Assembly (NCBI GenBank): GCA_964106645.2 | Contig: OZ067051.1 | DNA from: Podarcis pityusensis | Lineage: Eukaryota | DNA: 64,000 bases | Reading direction: 5' to 3' (one strand) | Part shown: piece after piece, positions 25,401-36,415 of the stretch | How the letters are laid out: the number at the start of each line of letters is the position of its first letter | Position numbering within the stretch: position 1 is the first letter of the stretch | The notes under the pieces: generated by a model | Seen by the model: the letters and a program-made list of their open reading frames with translations, nothing else | Told to the model about the DNA's origin: nothing | The model's database searches: none | Position numbers and translations under genes: made by a program

Positions 25401-28400
25401 GAGAGCAGGAGGCTGAGGTGGAATCTCACACTTGCTCAGAGGAAAGCCAAAAGGAGCAGGTTGTGAGGGCAGCTCTGCTGAGTCCAGTAGGATCCCAGGA
25501 AGACAGGGCCCCTGCAGTTGTGGAGCCAGGGAAGAGTGAGTCCACCCACCTTGGAGGAAGTGGAGACCTCACAACCCCTTTGCAGGACACAATCTCCATT
25601 GACCAAGCAGAGCATCACTCCTGGTTCAGCACCACAGACTCTCCCAGTCCGTCTGGGCTCTGTGAACCCAAAGTTGACACTCTTGGGAAAGGGGAAGAGA
25701 GAGAAGCAACTCCTTACCCTCATGAGAAGACTTTCCATTATGCAGATATCTATGAGAATGTTGTCATGTCTAGCATTGGCCACTTTGGAAAAGATGTGGG
25801 TCTCAAGATAGGGACAACCCTTTACCCCATCTCCTCCAAGGAAGAAGAGTCTTGCCTCTACACTCCTACTGAGAAAGAGCTCTCGTCTCCAGTTTCCCCA
25901 AAGGACAAAGCAGAGCCCTCCTTTGAGTATGCAGAGGTCCATGCCCAGGGCCATCCTCTTCAGATAGCAGAGAAGCCCAGTGTACCACAGAGCTTGGCAG
26001 TCCAGGACAACCCACAGCCTGATGAGAGCCTTGCAGACTCTTCACCTCTTCTGCCAGGAAGTCTGGTGAGCTCCCTGCCTGCAGCCTCTCTGGGGGACAA
26101 GGGCTTTACCTCCCACACTGATGTGGCAGGCGTGCTGAAGCAGGAGGAGACAGCTCTTTACATTGAAGGTGCCCACCCTCCAGATGCAAACATCAGCCAG
26201 GAACAAAGGTCTCCTTCTCCTAAGCACTCCCTGCCCAAGGATATGTACTATGAGCAAGCCAGAAGGGGAGAAGAGAGCACCAGCGACTCAGAGCTGGAGA
26301 AGGGGGCCAAGGAGAAGTCTGAAAAGGAATCCAAGCACCCAGGGGAGCCCCCTTCAGCTCTGAAGCCAGCCAGCGAGAGGGAAGAGGAACCCTATGCAGA
26401 CATTTCAGGATTGGAGAAGGAGAACTGTTTGTCAGTGACATGGCAAGGAGCATCCTATGGTGCATTGTTGGGAGAGGAGAGTCAGACAGAGAGAAGAGCC
26501 TTGAAGGCTGAGGATGTTGCTGCCTATGGCAGCCTTGCAGGTCCAGAAAGGGAGGAGTGGGCCTCAAGCAAGCCATTCTCCAAAAAGGAGGAGGAGGAAG
26601 AAGAAGAGGAGGAGGAGGAGGAGGAAGAAGAAGAAGAGGAAGAGGCCTCCATAGGGAAAGGCTTTGCTGATATTGACTCCAAAGGCTTCTGCTTTGGTTC
26701 TGCTGCTAAAGAGAAGGACCCTCCAAAGGGCCCAGCGCTGCTGACGAAAGGACTGGATTGCTCTTCCTCGGGCTTTGAACTCTCTTCCCTGGGCATGCAC
26801 CAGCCATCCATCCTGTTCCGGCACGAAGCACATTTCTCGTCCCACTTAAGGGACAAATCCCTCGCTTTTGGCATCCCTGATTCTGACCCCTTTGAAAAGG
26901 GCAAGAGAGATGAATACTTGGAGGTATCCAAAAAGGTTTCTAGTGAGGATTCATCGTTCCCAGTAGGAGGAGGGAAGCTTCTCTCTGGGGCACCCCAAGA
27001 GCAGCAGCTGCACAGGGAGTCATCTAGCTCTCCTGAGGAAACCTTCTTGAGGGGCTCCATCTCAACACATCCAGCAGTCAGTGAGAGCCCCTTGTTCCCC
27101 CCCTATCGAGGAACAGCTGCTGGGCCAGATGCCCAGGGAGCACAGCAACCCACGTCCCCACAGCTTCCAGCAGGTTCTGCAAAGATGTTTTCAGGTGAAA
27201 TGGGAGGAGATGCCTCTGCCAGCTTGGGCCTGCCCTCTCTGCCCACTCAGCAGTCTAGGACCAGCTGCACAGTTAGCTGCACACAGCAGCCCCCAAGCCC
27301 TGGAGAGTGGCCAGCAGCCACTCCCCTCCCTGACATCCTGGCTGTTTCCCCCCATTGCCAGCAGGAGGCAGCTGCCACTGCCAACGGGCCCACAGAGGTG
27401 AGCCTCAGCCCCCTTGCTTTCCATGGTGGGCCACATCTCACAGGGGCAACAAGGAGTGAGGAGGACGACGAGGAGGAAGACGAGGAGGAGAAGGAGGATG
27501 ACGAGAAGGAGGACTGTGAGAGACAAAGCCGTCCCTCTTCCTTGTTGAGCTGTGAGCCAGCTTTCCCGCCCTTCTTTCCAGATGCCCAGCATGGCAGCCA
27601 AGCAGAGGATCATGGTGACGCCTCCCATGAGTTGGAGCCATCTCTGGGAGCTACCTCAGAGTACGGGCAGAGGTTCTCGTGTGAGTATAAGCAAAGGAAG
27701 GGAGAGCTGTCCCCATCGTTCATCAATCCCAGTCCTCAAGATTCATCAGAGGAGAGTGAATGTTCCCAGGCTGAAGGTCACCCTTCTGTGAAAGGAAGGC
27801 CACACTCCATCCCTGGTGGCCATAGGCAACCCCCTGCCACAACAGAAGAAACTCCTCCCACCTCCGCAAGTGACTCTGGCACCTCCCAGTCTGACTCGGA
27901 TGTCCCTCCAGAAACAGAGGAGTGCCCCTCCATCACAGCTGACGCGGCCATGGACTCTGACGAAGACGCCGATTTCCTCCCAGTCGACAAAGCTGTGGGC
28001 AGCTCCCATCACAGCAGCAGCAGCAGCACAAGAGCTGGTCATGATCCCCCACCCATCACCCTGGTGGACCCCCATCCTCACCCTCCACACCCAGATGTCT
28101 GCATGATGGACCCTGAGGTGCTGCTCAATGATCAGAACATGAGCAGGCCTGACAAAATATCCAAGAAGGATCTGAAGGAGAAAAACAAAGGGGTGAGGAA
28201 GCCACTGGGCAAGCCCAAGTCCTCTTCCCCTGCCCGGAAGCCTGAGAAATGGTCCCCGACCCCCTTGAAGCAACAGCCACCAGACCGGCCTCCAAAGCCA
28301 GCACTGGCCAAGAGAGAGAAGCCCCTGAAGGCCCATGGAGAAGAGACAGGTCCCCCCAACCCTGGCAAGAACCTTGTCAACGGCATCAAAACCAGCCCAG

Positions 28401-31400
28401 GTAAGACTGAGCAGAGGCCTGGCCCTCTTGGTGGGAATTGTGGGGGCGTCTGTGCTGTCAGCTCTGGTTGCCAAGCCATTTGTCTTCTGCCCAAAGTCGG
28501 GGAGACTTTCCCAGAACCAGGATGTGCTACTTCTGCTCCCTGGTTTAGGGTCAAAGATTGCCAGAAGCACTTCCTGTGGATTTAATCTTGGGCATGAATG
28601 ACAAATCAGGCCTACCTTTTCCTGATGGAAAATACACTGTCTCCAGTTCTGAAACGCTGCACTCTGGTGTGGCTATTACCAAATACATTATTATGAGGGG
28701 GAATCTCTCTGGAGGGATCTCAGGCAGAGATGCAAAGGGATCACCAGCCAGGTGAGCCCTCCACTGTCAGAGGTGATAGGTTCTTGAGACCCAGTTGCTG
28801 CAGACTGCAAGCAGGGAGAGTCCTGCTGTTGTGCTCACGTTCTGCTTGGAGGCTTCTTCCCTTTGGGGCTTTTGGTTGGCCAAGGGGAGAGCAGAGTGCT
28901 GGACTGTGATGAACTTCCTCTGGCCTGACCCTACTGCAGCTACAGGATTCTTCTTAGGCAGTAATTCAGACTGTGGAGCTCTGTCTTGGGCCCTATAATA
29001 GTCTGCCTTTCTATAAACGCATTGGACGAAGGATGGAATCTCAGAGAACCCTAGAAGGCAGGGCCAGGCTTGTTTGTGTGGAGGGGGGAGGGAGGCCCCT
29101 TCACTTGCTCCAAAGAGTCAGAAGCTGATCCTTTCCTCCACCAGCAGGAGGTGCTATGCTGGAAGTGGAAGGTGGTCCTTGGGCTCCCAGTAGAACACCT
29201 CTTTGCAGAACTGGGCAAAGTGGGCTGTGATTGCATAGGGAGGACCGAAGTCATGCCCTCAGGCTGTTGTTGGGCCCCAGTCACACTGGCAAAGGTAAAT
29301 GGCAGTGAGAGCTGTCCAGTGGCATCTGGGGGGGCAACAATTTGGCCACTATTGCGTGATCAGCTTCTCCCAGTGTATTCCAGTTTGCTTTTCTCTTAGC
29401 TTCTCCTGGCTCCTTGACTTTTCCATTCTAAAGAGAGGAGCTGAAGTGGGCCAGTTGTGGGATGTGAAGAAATGTTAAGAATGATGTTATGTGAGAGATC
29501 CCTAGTTGGCGCATTTTCATCAGGAGAAATACAAATAAATCAAGAAAAGATAATTGTGGTAGGAGTGTATGCCCCAAATAATAATAAATCTGAATTTTAG
29601 AGGAAATTGGAAGAAAAGCTTTGGGAACTTGAGAATGGAAAGATAATTTTGAGATTTTAATGGAGTTATATCTATCAAAATGGATAGAACCCGGGGGGGG
29701 GGGGAATCAAACTCAGGCAGACTACCATTATCGTTTTTTCAGCTGACAGATAATCTTAATTTATTTGATACTTGGAGACTGAAGCATCCCACTGAAAAGG
29801 ATATTACCTATTTTTCCAAAGATAAAAAATTGGGAGGGAGAATAGATGCAATTTGGGCCTCAAAAAAAATTGACCTTGAGTCTGGTAAAAGCAGAGATTT
29901 TGAACAAATCTCTCACAGATCATAATCCAGTTACTATACACATAAAAAACATATGAGGGAGGTAGAGGATGAATGATGAGATATGGAGAGATGAGCAAAA
30001 GGTGAATAAAATGAGGGAATTGTTGAAGGAATTTTTCGCAATTAGCAAGAGACAAGGGACAGATAGGAAAATCATTTGGGATACCAGTAAAGCCTATATG
30101 AGAGGAATTGGAATACAACAAATGGCGAGAATAAGGAAGGGTAAAGGAAATGATATTGTGGAAATAAATAAACAGATAAGGGAGAACGAAAAAGAATTGT
30201 TGAAAAATCCAAAACAAGAGAGTATAATCCAAAATATAAAAATTCTACAATCCCAATTAACTAATTTAATAAAGAGGTGGAAAATAAGATTAAATGGGCA
30301 AAACAAAGGTACCGCATTTTTCGCTCTATAAGATGCACCTAGTTTTTGGAGGTTGAAAATAAGGAAAAAAATATTCTGAATCCCGGAAGCCAGAACAGCA
30401 AGAGGGATCACTGACAGATAAGTGACAGTGACAGATATAATAAGACAAAAACTAAAAAGTGTTGTGAAAAAGGAATGGGAGTACCTAAACAAATACCTTA
30501 AAAGACAAGGTTCGAGGACAGAAACCTGGCTGAGTCTGGAATAACCTTGTGAAGTGAAAGGATAAGAAAGAGGGATATATATTTAGATGCTGGGATAGAG
30601 ATGATAAGGAAAACAGGAAGATACAATGAGAGGTAAAGGAGGTGCTGTGGGATTGGTGGAAGTCAACGTTTGTTTTCCTTTTTAGTGTTTATACTATTAA
30701 TTTGTAAGTTTTGGATTTGTTTTTCATATGTTTGTTTTTGTGTTTTGTGTATTGCTATTTTTCGTTTTCTGTTTCTTGTTGTGTGGAAAATATTAATAAA
30801 ATTTACTATTTTTTAAAAAAAGAACGATGTTATGTGAGAGATCCCTAGTTGGGGCATTTTCACCAGGAGCTGATGGGATGGCAACTACCCTGCTCAGTTG
30901 CCACCAGCTGGTTTAATGTCCCCTCCCTCTTCTCTCTCCCTAAGTCTCCAGCAACCCCAAAAGCAGCTCCTCTGTGCCCCCTGGGCCCCCCATCTATGTG
31001 GACCTGGCTTACATCCCCAATCACTGCAGTGGGAAGAACACGGACCAGGAATTCTTCAAGAGGGTCCGGGCCTCCTACTACGTCATGAGCGGCAACGACC
31101 CAGGCAGCGGGGAGCCCAGTCGCGCAGTGTTGGACGCCCTCCTGGAAGGGAAGGCCCAGTGGGGGGAGAACCTGCAGGTATGGGCTGGGCTGGCTTCTCT
31201 GTGGAGCCAGTGGGGGGAGGAGAGGGCGAGAGTTTGCAAGCATGCCTAAGGGCTACAGCAGAGCATGGCTCATGGAGAGCTTACTTTCTCTGCAAAGTAT
31301 GACTTCTCAGTGCAACAAGAACTGTTCACTTGAAGGGAAACTGCCTAAGTCAGTCCTGGCAAGCCACCAGGCAAGCCAGTGCTCAGCTACTGCTTGGTCT

Positions 31401-31852
31401 CATCTGGCCAGGAAGGCATTGTCTCCATTGGCCCACCCAGCCACCTCTCCTTGGCCTAGAATAATTCTGAGCCAAGTCCAAAGAGGGAGGCCCACTCACC
31501 TCCACCAGATCTGCTCCAGCTGCTGGAAAAATTAGCTCCAGCCTGCTCCTTTGACCCAACCCTGCAGCAAACCTCCTTCTGCCTCTGCAAGGGATGCTCT
31601 ATTAGCCAGATGTAGCTGCCTTGTTTCCTGGCCCTGCTGTGATTGGCCAGAGCACCAGGGAAACCCCTTCCCAGCCTGTCTCTTGTGCTTCCTCAGGTGA
31701 CTCTCATCCCAACACACGACACGGAAGTGACCCGGGAATGGTACCAACAGACCCACGAGAAGCAGCAGGAGCTAAGCATCATGGTCCTGGCCAGCAGCAG
31801 CACAGTGGTGATGCAGGATGAGTCCTTTCCTGCATGCAAGATCGAGTTCTGA
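4331..31852 (+). CDS. MAP1A: Microtubule-associated protein 1A (heavy chain + LC2 polyprotein), spliced CDS, 5'-incomplete. Join 4331-4432, 18691-18773, 19355-19495, 20072-28400, 30945-31177, 31697-31852
   Basis: Translation contains MDGISEFAEYVSETVDVPSPFDLLEPPTSGGFLKLSKPCCYIFPGG, KKE-type basic repeats and the LC2 C-terminus VMQDESFPACKIEF*. All introns are GT-AG with consistent phases. 2855 aa from ATG 20222. Adjacent to PPIP5K1 as in mammals. Confidence 0.97.
4790..5887. mobile_element. Non-autonomous hAT DNA transposon, OposCharlie1 (OC1)-like ends
   Basis: 16-bp TIRs C(T/A)GGGGTCCTCAAACT at 4790 and 5872-5887; 8-bp TSD gtattggg/gtcttggg (7/8). Confidence 0.85.
5995..6127 (+). repeat. 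L2/SINE 3' tail with (ATT)n/(ATC)n microsatellite
   Basis: gagtggctggggtaact...cagatgagtggcatataaat followed by ATT/ATC repeats. Confidence 0.65.
7318..7460 (-). mobile_element. CR1 3' terminus
   Basis: agaatcatagaat octamer tail + gttggaagg...ggtcatctagtccaaccc. Confidence 0.85.
10480..11700. promoter_or_regulatory. Intragenic CpG island, probable alternative MAP1A promoter; candidate first exon ends at 10813 (CGG|gtacgt)
   Basis: Dense CpG and GC content against a CpG-depleted background, GC box ggggcggggg at ~10662, good 5' splice site at 10814 followed by intronic G-runs. Confidence 0.7.
11930..12210 (-). mobile_element. Degraded CR1 3' fragment
   Basis: Minus strand reads ccagacaaaaggaaggactccttcacacagc, a CR1-like motif. 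Confidence 0.6.
12381..12466 (-). mobile_element. Penelope-like element terminal fragment
   Basis: Minus strand reads cctgataaagag...ctcaaaagc...tccaataaagata, resembling sauropsid Penelope termini. Confidence 0.5.
12859..13051 (+). mobile_element. Squamate tRNA-derived SINE (Squam2-like)
   Basis: Decayed tRNA head (ctcagt...aaggtcccaag), tail tggtctggttctgtataaggca. Confidence 0.7.
13590..14260 (-). mobile_element. CR1 fragment interrupted by a (TC)n(CCCT)n(AC)n microsatellite at ~13938-14000
   Basis: Minus-strand YKIQHGMAKLD...QDRQKEG peptide; accgttctggtttctgtgcctca motif. Confidence 0.7.
14320..14710 (-). mobile_element. Degraded L2 reverse-transcriptase fragment
   Basis: Minus strand gacccccaactctatatttcc resembles the DDTQLY region of L2. 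Confidence 0.5.
15690..16470 (+). mobile_element. Degraded L2 3' fragments
   Basis: gactgctgtaatgcactccatgtggggctgcc and gaggcctttttaggagtggctcc...tggaattc motifs. Confidence 0.6.
17861..17917. repeat. (GC)n(CA)n alternating purine-pyrimidine microsatellite
   Basis: Direct reading. Confidence 0.9.
18691..18773 (+). CDS. MAP1A: MAP1A exon, QRTLHHQSEDLDTVILVNPDEQSTVSE
   Basis: ccctag| acceptor, GAG|gtaaag donor, 83 bp, phase 1-0. Confidence 0.92.
19355..19495 (+). CDS. MAP1A: MAP1A exon, VRSLICDPSAYKLLVLCGQSTDQEGDLILQAGTFTYQKFAEILADPE
   Basis: aacag| acceptor, GAG|gtaaat donor, 141 bp, phase 0-0. Confidence 0.93.
20072..28400 (+). CDS. MAP1A: MAP1A giant exon (8,329 bp); canonical short-form ATG at 20222
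   Basis: In frame with ORF 20123-28585. cttgtag| acceptor; CCAG|gtaaga donor at 28401, so the ORF residues after KTSPG are intronic. Confidence 0.97.
26588..26644 (+). repeat. Coding (GAG/GAA)19 poly-Glu tract in MAP1A
   Basis: Direct reading; shorter acidic tracts at ~23040, ~24580 and ~27460. Confidence 0.9.
29527..30819 (+). mobile_element. Internally deleted L1-clade element (endonuclease region + 3' end) with a nested Tc1/mariner-pogo-like end at ~30312-30410
   Basis: APE motifs GVYAPN, DFNG, DTWRLKHP, RIDAIW, DHNP; 3' UTR with AATAAA and A-tail; flanked by 50-bp direct repeats. Confidence 0.85.
30945..31177 (+). CDS. MAP1A: MAP1A penultimate exon (LC2), VSSNPKSSSSVPPGPPIYVDLAYIPNH...WGENLQ
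   Basis: Long pyrimidine tract + taag| acceptor gives the required phase 1; CAG|gtatgg donor. Confidence 0.93.
31697..31852 (+). CDS. MAP1A: MAP1A last coding exon, VTLIPTHDTEVTREWYQQTHEKQQELSIMVLASSSTVVMQDESFPACKIEF*
   Basis: cctcag| acceptor; TGA at 31850-31852. Confidence 0.96.
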   Translation: MTLIPTHDTEVTREWYQQTHEKQQELSIMVLASSSTVVMQDESFPACKIEF

Positions 31853-33253
31853 GGCCCCCCTGGCTGCAGCAGCGCGTCTCATCCGTCCATCCGCCTTCCC
31901 CACCCCCCCTCCATGCAGCACTGGGAGATCCATCTACTCACAGCGCAAGTCTCCTTCCTGTCCCAAATGTGGTCTGGATTTGCTGAGCACATGCTGCCTG
32001 CACATGGCTCTTGTTTGCCACCATGCCCAGGACGTGTCCATCATGCCTGGATGTGTGTGGAGTGGAGGGACCCTCTTGGGAGCTGCTTCACTTTTCCAGA
32101 TTTATTTTGCTGCCTCCGTCATTGCTGTAGAATAATTCAGCTGCTTTGATGCTGCTTGCGAAAGCGCTGCCCCCCCCCTCCCCGCTTCCTTGCCTGAGGG
32201 CTCTTCTGCAGGGTCAGACCTCCAGAACTTTGTCCGACTTAGCCCACGGGGTAGCTTCAGATGGAAGCAGCACAAGAGACCAGTAAAAAGGAGGACGAGA
32301 GCAGGAAGAGAAAGAGAGACACCATTCCTCAGCCTCTCAGGTGTGAAGTGAGAACTGAGCTGGGAGGAGGAGGAGGAAGAGGAGATGATGACACAGAAAA
32401 GTGGAAACCGGCTTGCTTGCCCCCCAACACTCTGCCAAAGCTGTGCTGGAAAAAGACTCCAGCCTGGCGCACCAAGGAGTACATTGCAGAGAAGCCCTTC
32501 AGCTCTGCAGTCAGAATATGCCAAATACTGCATCTTCAGCAGTGCCAGAGGTGAAGCTGGCCCCTGCCAAGTGACTCTGCCCCTTGGAGGAGGATCATGT
32601 TTATAAAGTCCCAGTATTTCCCTGTGAGCAAAACAGTGGCTAGAAGGGGGGGAAATTGGGGTAGGTGGGTGGGGACTGGATCCCTCTGGGGATGGAGCTG
32701 GCACTGCTACACATACAAGGACATCCTTTCCTCCCGTTTGCTAGAACTGAGGGCCAAGCCAAGTGAAGGGGGTGTTTGCAGGCTCTTCCTCCAGCTCCCC
32801 GCATGCACTGCCATTCTCCTTGCAGCTATTGCACATAGCATTAGAGGCCCTTCAAGCTGTCAGCAGCCAGTGAGGGCCCCCGTTTTCGTCCTCTGTGCTG
32901 CTGGCAAAGCCAGGGCTGATGTCCCAGCACATTGTAGCCACAGGGAGGGAGGGGGCAGAGCACACTTGGGAAGTCACAAATCATGGGTGTGAAGCTTTGG
33001 GCAAGCTCTGAAAAAGGCTTACAGAGTCTTTGGGTGTGGCTCTTGGTCTAGGAAAGAATGTGCTCAGCCCTCTTAGCTGGTCTAAATTGTTCCTGCCATC
33101 AGACTGGCAAAAAAGGAAAAAAGAAAAGAAAAAGTGGAGCTGGGGAGAATCCCATAGGAACTATTTTTCTGGTCACTTGTCTATATATTTATTTTGGGTT
33201 TCTTTGGGTTGTAATTGGAACTGACCTTTTATTGGAACTGTGTATGTTACTTT

Positions 33254-33259
<6 letters not shown>

Positions 33260-33295
<36 letters not shown>
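33260..33295 (+). repeat. (TG)n microsatellite in the MAP1A 3'UTR
   Basis: Direct reading. Confidence 0.95.
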
Positions 33296-33297
<2 letters not shown>

Positions 33298-34341
33298 AAA
33301 ATATTTTTACTGTGAGCTGCCATCACCACACTGAAGGCTTCTGGGTTTCAGGGCACAGGGTAAACATCACATTTCTAAATGCAGTAAGCTTGACAGATGA
33401 TAGACAAGCCCCTGCCCTCCTGCCTTCCCCCTGGCATTTGGTTCTGCAGCCTCCAGGGGCTCAGTTCCATGCTCCAGCTCCCTGCCCGGCAGGAAGGGGC
33501 CCAGCAAGCCCAATTGTTGCTTTCCTGTTGAGCTTATCCATTGTGGTTTGCGTCTTGGACTTGCCCTCATGGCTTGTGATGAGGCAGCAGCCAGAGACCA
33601 GTGCCTACAAGCCATGTACGCTCAGGCCCAGCAGCAGAGGTGGTGGGTCCCTGGGCCTGGACAGACAAGCTGCTGCGCTAACCCACCTATGAATGTGTCT
33701 ATCTTAAAACTTGAAGCAGGGGCCAGTGGGATTTAGACCCACTGCTCCATCAGAGGAGAAAGTACTTCAGGGGAATATCTTCCCCCACATCCCTCCCCAC
33801 CCCATGGTTACTCAATGATCTGCTCTCCACAACCCCAATTTCCCCACCCAACCAGCTTGAGTCCTTCCCCAAAATTTGTAGTTTTGAAGCTGGCTTCAGC
33901 ATCTCCCTTCTTCACGTTCTACGGCAAACCTTGTAAAAACTGCTGTTTATAATGCACCCAGACTGAGCTCCATTAGCAATCCCACCACCACCCACCCAGA
34001 GGGACCGGTGGGGAGCCCAGGAAAGAAATGACGAGAAAGACATTGAGCTCCTGCTTCTGCTTGTTCCTGCATGGGGGCCCCAGCACGCAATTCCTCCTCT
34101 GCTGCGTCATGCTCATGGGGACCTTTCTCAAAGGCAGCAGCGGCGAGAAGGACTTTAAGGCCAGCTCCCGTTGCTACTGAATGTTGTATAAATAGAGCCC
34201 AGTGCTCCCCCCGCCATCCTCCTCTCCTCCATGTTATGTACAATCCAAGGTCCTGAGTTTCCTCTTCCCCCCTCCCCTCGCATTTCTGTGTGCAACTCTC
34301 TGTAATTCTAATGATTGTAAATGGAGGGGCCTGCACTAACC

Positions 34342-34347
34342 AATAAA
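34342..34347 (+). terminator. Probable MAP1A polyadenylation signal AATAAA (3'UTR ~2.5 kb)
   Basis: First canonical AATAAA I saw after the stop, preceded by U-rich/TGTA elements; CR1 relics begin ~500 bp further on. Confidence 0.7.
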
Positions 34348-34846
34348 GCCACATTAACTGCGACTCAGAAGGGGCTCCTGTCCTGCTTCCACTGACTGAT
34401 GCACTGGCAAAGTGCCCAGCCCTGGTCCTCCATCCACCGCCGAGTCTCTTCCAGCCTTTTGGAGCTGGGCTTCTGCTCCTCCGCCAGCATCCATGAGCCA
34501 GTGTCTCCCCGGCCCAATGGCATTGAGCTCCATAGGTCAAGGGAAGGAGAAGGGCTGCTCTGTTCCCTCAAAGCCCCTCTGGGGGCATTCCAGAGCAGCT
34601 GCCTGCTGCCTGGGCCTTGCTCCTGCTGCTTCCCTCGCCCCACACAGCAGAGGCCTAAAGGGGGCAGGGGAGGGCAGGCCAAAAAGTTTATCTCCTTTTT
34701 GCTTGGTGGGGAATAAACAGAACAACCTGCTTTATTGTCCACATACCTTTTGTTCAAAACGACATTTCCAGAAAACTGCTTAGGTTTGATGTTTGCAGCA
34801 CAGGAACAAGGATTTGGCCTCTGTCTGTGTAACATTCCTCATGAGC

Positions 34847-35440
34847 CATAGAATCATAGAATCTTAAGAGTCGGAAGGTACCCAAGGGTCACCTAGTCCA
34901 GAGCAAAAGAATCCAGAACAGAATGGCACCCTAGAAAACAACTGGTTTCCCTTGTAGGTATGGAACACCAACAAAGAGTGCAAGAGCAGAGCAACCTTCT
35001 AGCTGGGCCACGAACACAGGCCAGACAGTTAGGAGACCCTCAAGGTGAGGGAAAGAGCTGCCTCCTGCAACTGTGGTTGTTGAATCCCACCTCTGAACCT
35101 GTGAAATTCTGCATCCCCATCACAACCGATTATGTGCAGTTTCTTCCTCTCACCTATCCCAAATCTAGTCCAGTCCATTTCATTAATTGCCTTTCCCCTC
35201 CAAACTAAAGAGTCACCAATATTTGTCTTTCCTTGCATGAAGGTGTTTCAACTCGGTGGGGTAGATCAGAACTGCACACAGTATTCCATATGTATTTCCT
35301 TGATAACCATGGCAGCATGCATAGTTTTGTTCTGTTCTTTGCATATCAATTTACATTTACATTGGGCAGCATTTGCCATTTTCTTGCCCATTCACCAAAC
35401 CTGGAGAGAACCATTTAGGGTGCTGCACATTATAGTTTGG
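34847..35440 (-). mobile_element. CR1 fragments between the two genes
   Basis: catagaatcatagaatc tail at 34847; cagaactgcacacagtattcca motif at ~35270. Confidence 0.7.
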
Positions 35441-36409
35441 TTTTTATATACCCACACACACACACACAAAAAAAAACCCCCACACCAAAACGGCATCTAA
35501 GGTGGCTGCTCCTTCCAACCTCCAGAGGGAGAAGTTAAAAAGCACCAGCACCAATGCAGGCCCTTGCCTTGTAGGAGTTGGGGGAGGAGAGAATCCCTCC
35601 CCTCTGAGAATTGCAGGTTTATTCCTACTCTCCGCTTTGTGTTGTTTAACCAGTTCCTGACCTATAAAGAAGAGCTGTCCTCTCACCCCAAGGCTGCTAA
35701 ATTTGCTCAGGAGCCTTTGGCAAGCGTCTGTTAAAGTCTTACTGAAAATACAAGTATGCAGGATCCATGTGTTTGTTGACACACTCAAAAGAACTCCAAA
35801 AGTCTAGCAAGGCCAGATTTGTTCGTCCATATTGGGGTAGTCAATTTAGTGCCCCCCATGTTGTTCAACTGGAAGAACTCCCAACATCCCAGATGGGTCA
35901 GGCAGGCTACATGGAGCCAAAAGGAATTGGCGTCCACAAACATCTGTAAGGGAGCGCGTTGGCTCCCCTTGTTCTATATGCTTTGTAATTTTCACTTCAA
36001 AAACATGTTCCACTAACCACTATACTGTGCAGCAAGAAGGCCTCTCAATGTGCAGGACAGCTGTGCTTCAGGAATTCTTGCCAGTTTAGCCCTGTTCTGT
36101 GCAGCCTCCTCCTCCTCCTCCTCCCGGACCCCCAAGCTGCCCCCGCACAAAGGCACACCAAGAGACCCCCAAGCGGCTCCCTCCAAAGAGACACACACAA
36201 GCCACCCGTCTTGGGAGTGTCGGCGTTTTACTCCACGCACAAAATGCAGCACAAGGAGGACTCCAGGGGACGGCTATACAATCCCTCGCAAGAGAAACAC
36301 AGACACATCTGAACCACGGACGACACACGCCGGGCCACGGAGCGGGGGTGGGGGAGTGGGGACCTCCAGCAGCCCCCTCCACCTGCCAGCAAGAATAATA
36401 TATTAAATA

Positions 36410-36415
36410 TTTACT
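36410..36415 (-). terminator. Candidate PPIP5K1 variant poly(A) signal AGTAAA
   Basis: Isolated AT-rich patch with upstream TGTA and downstream GU-rich sequence on the minus strand; I saw no canonical AATAAA nearer the stop. Confidence 0.45.

Noticed and set aside
20417-28570. Long antisense ORFs opposite the MAP1A giant exon (e.g. 327, 283, 281, 274 aa)
   Set aside because: Expected shadow of a purine-rich, E/K-biased coding strand; low-complexity L/S/F translations with no independent gene structure.
28401-28585. C-terminal 60 aa of the 2820-aa ORF (KTEQRPG...HFLWI)
   Set aside because: Lies past a consensus donor at 28401; intronic read-through. The real C-terminus is in exons 30945 and 31697.
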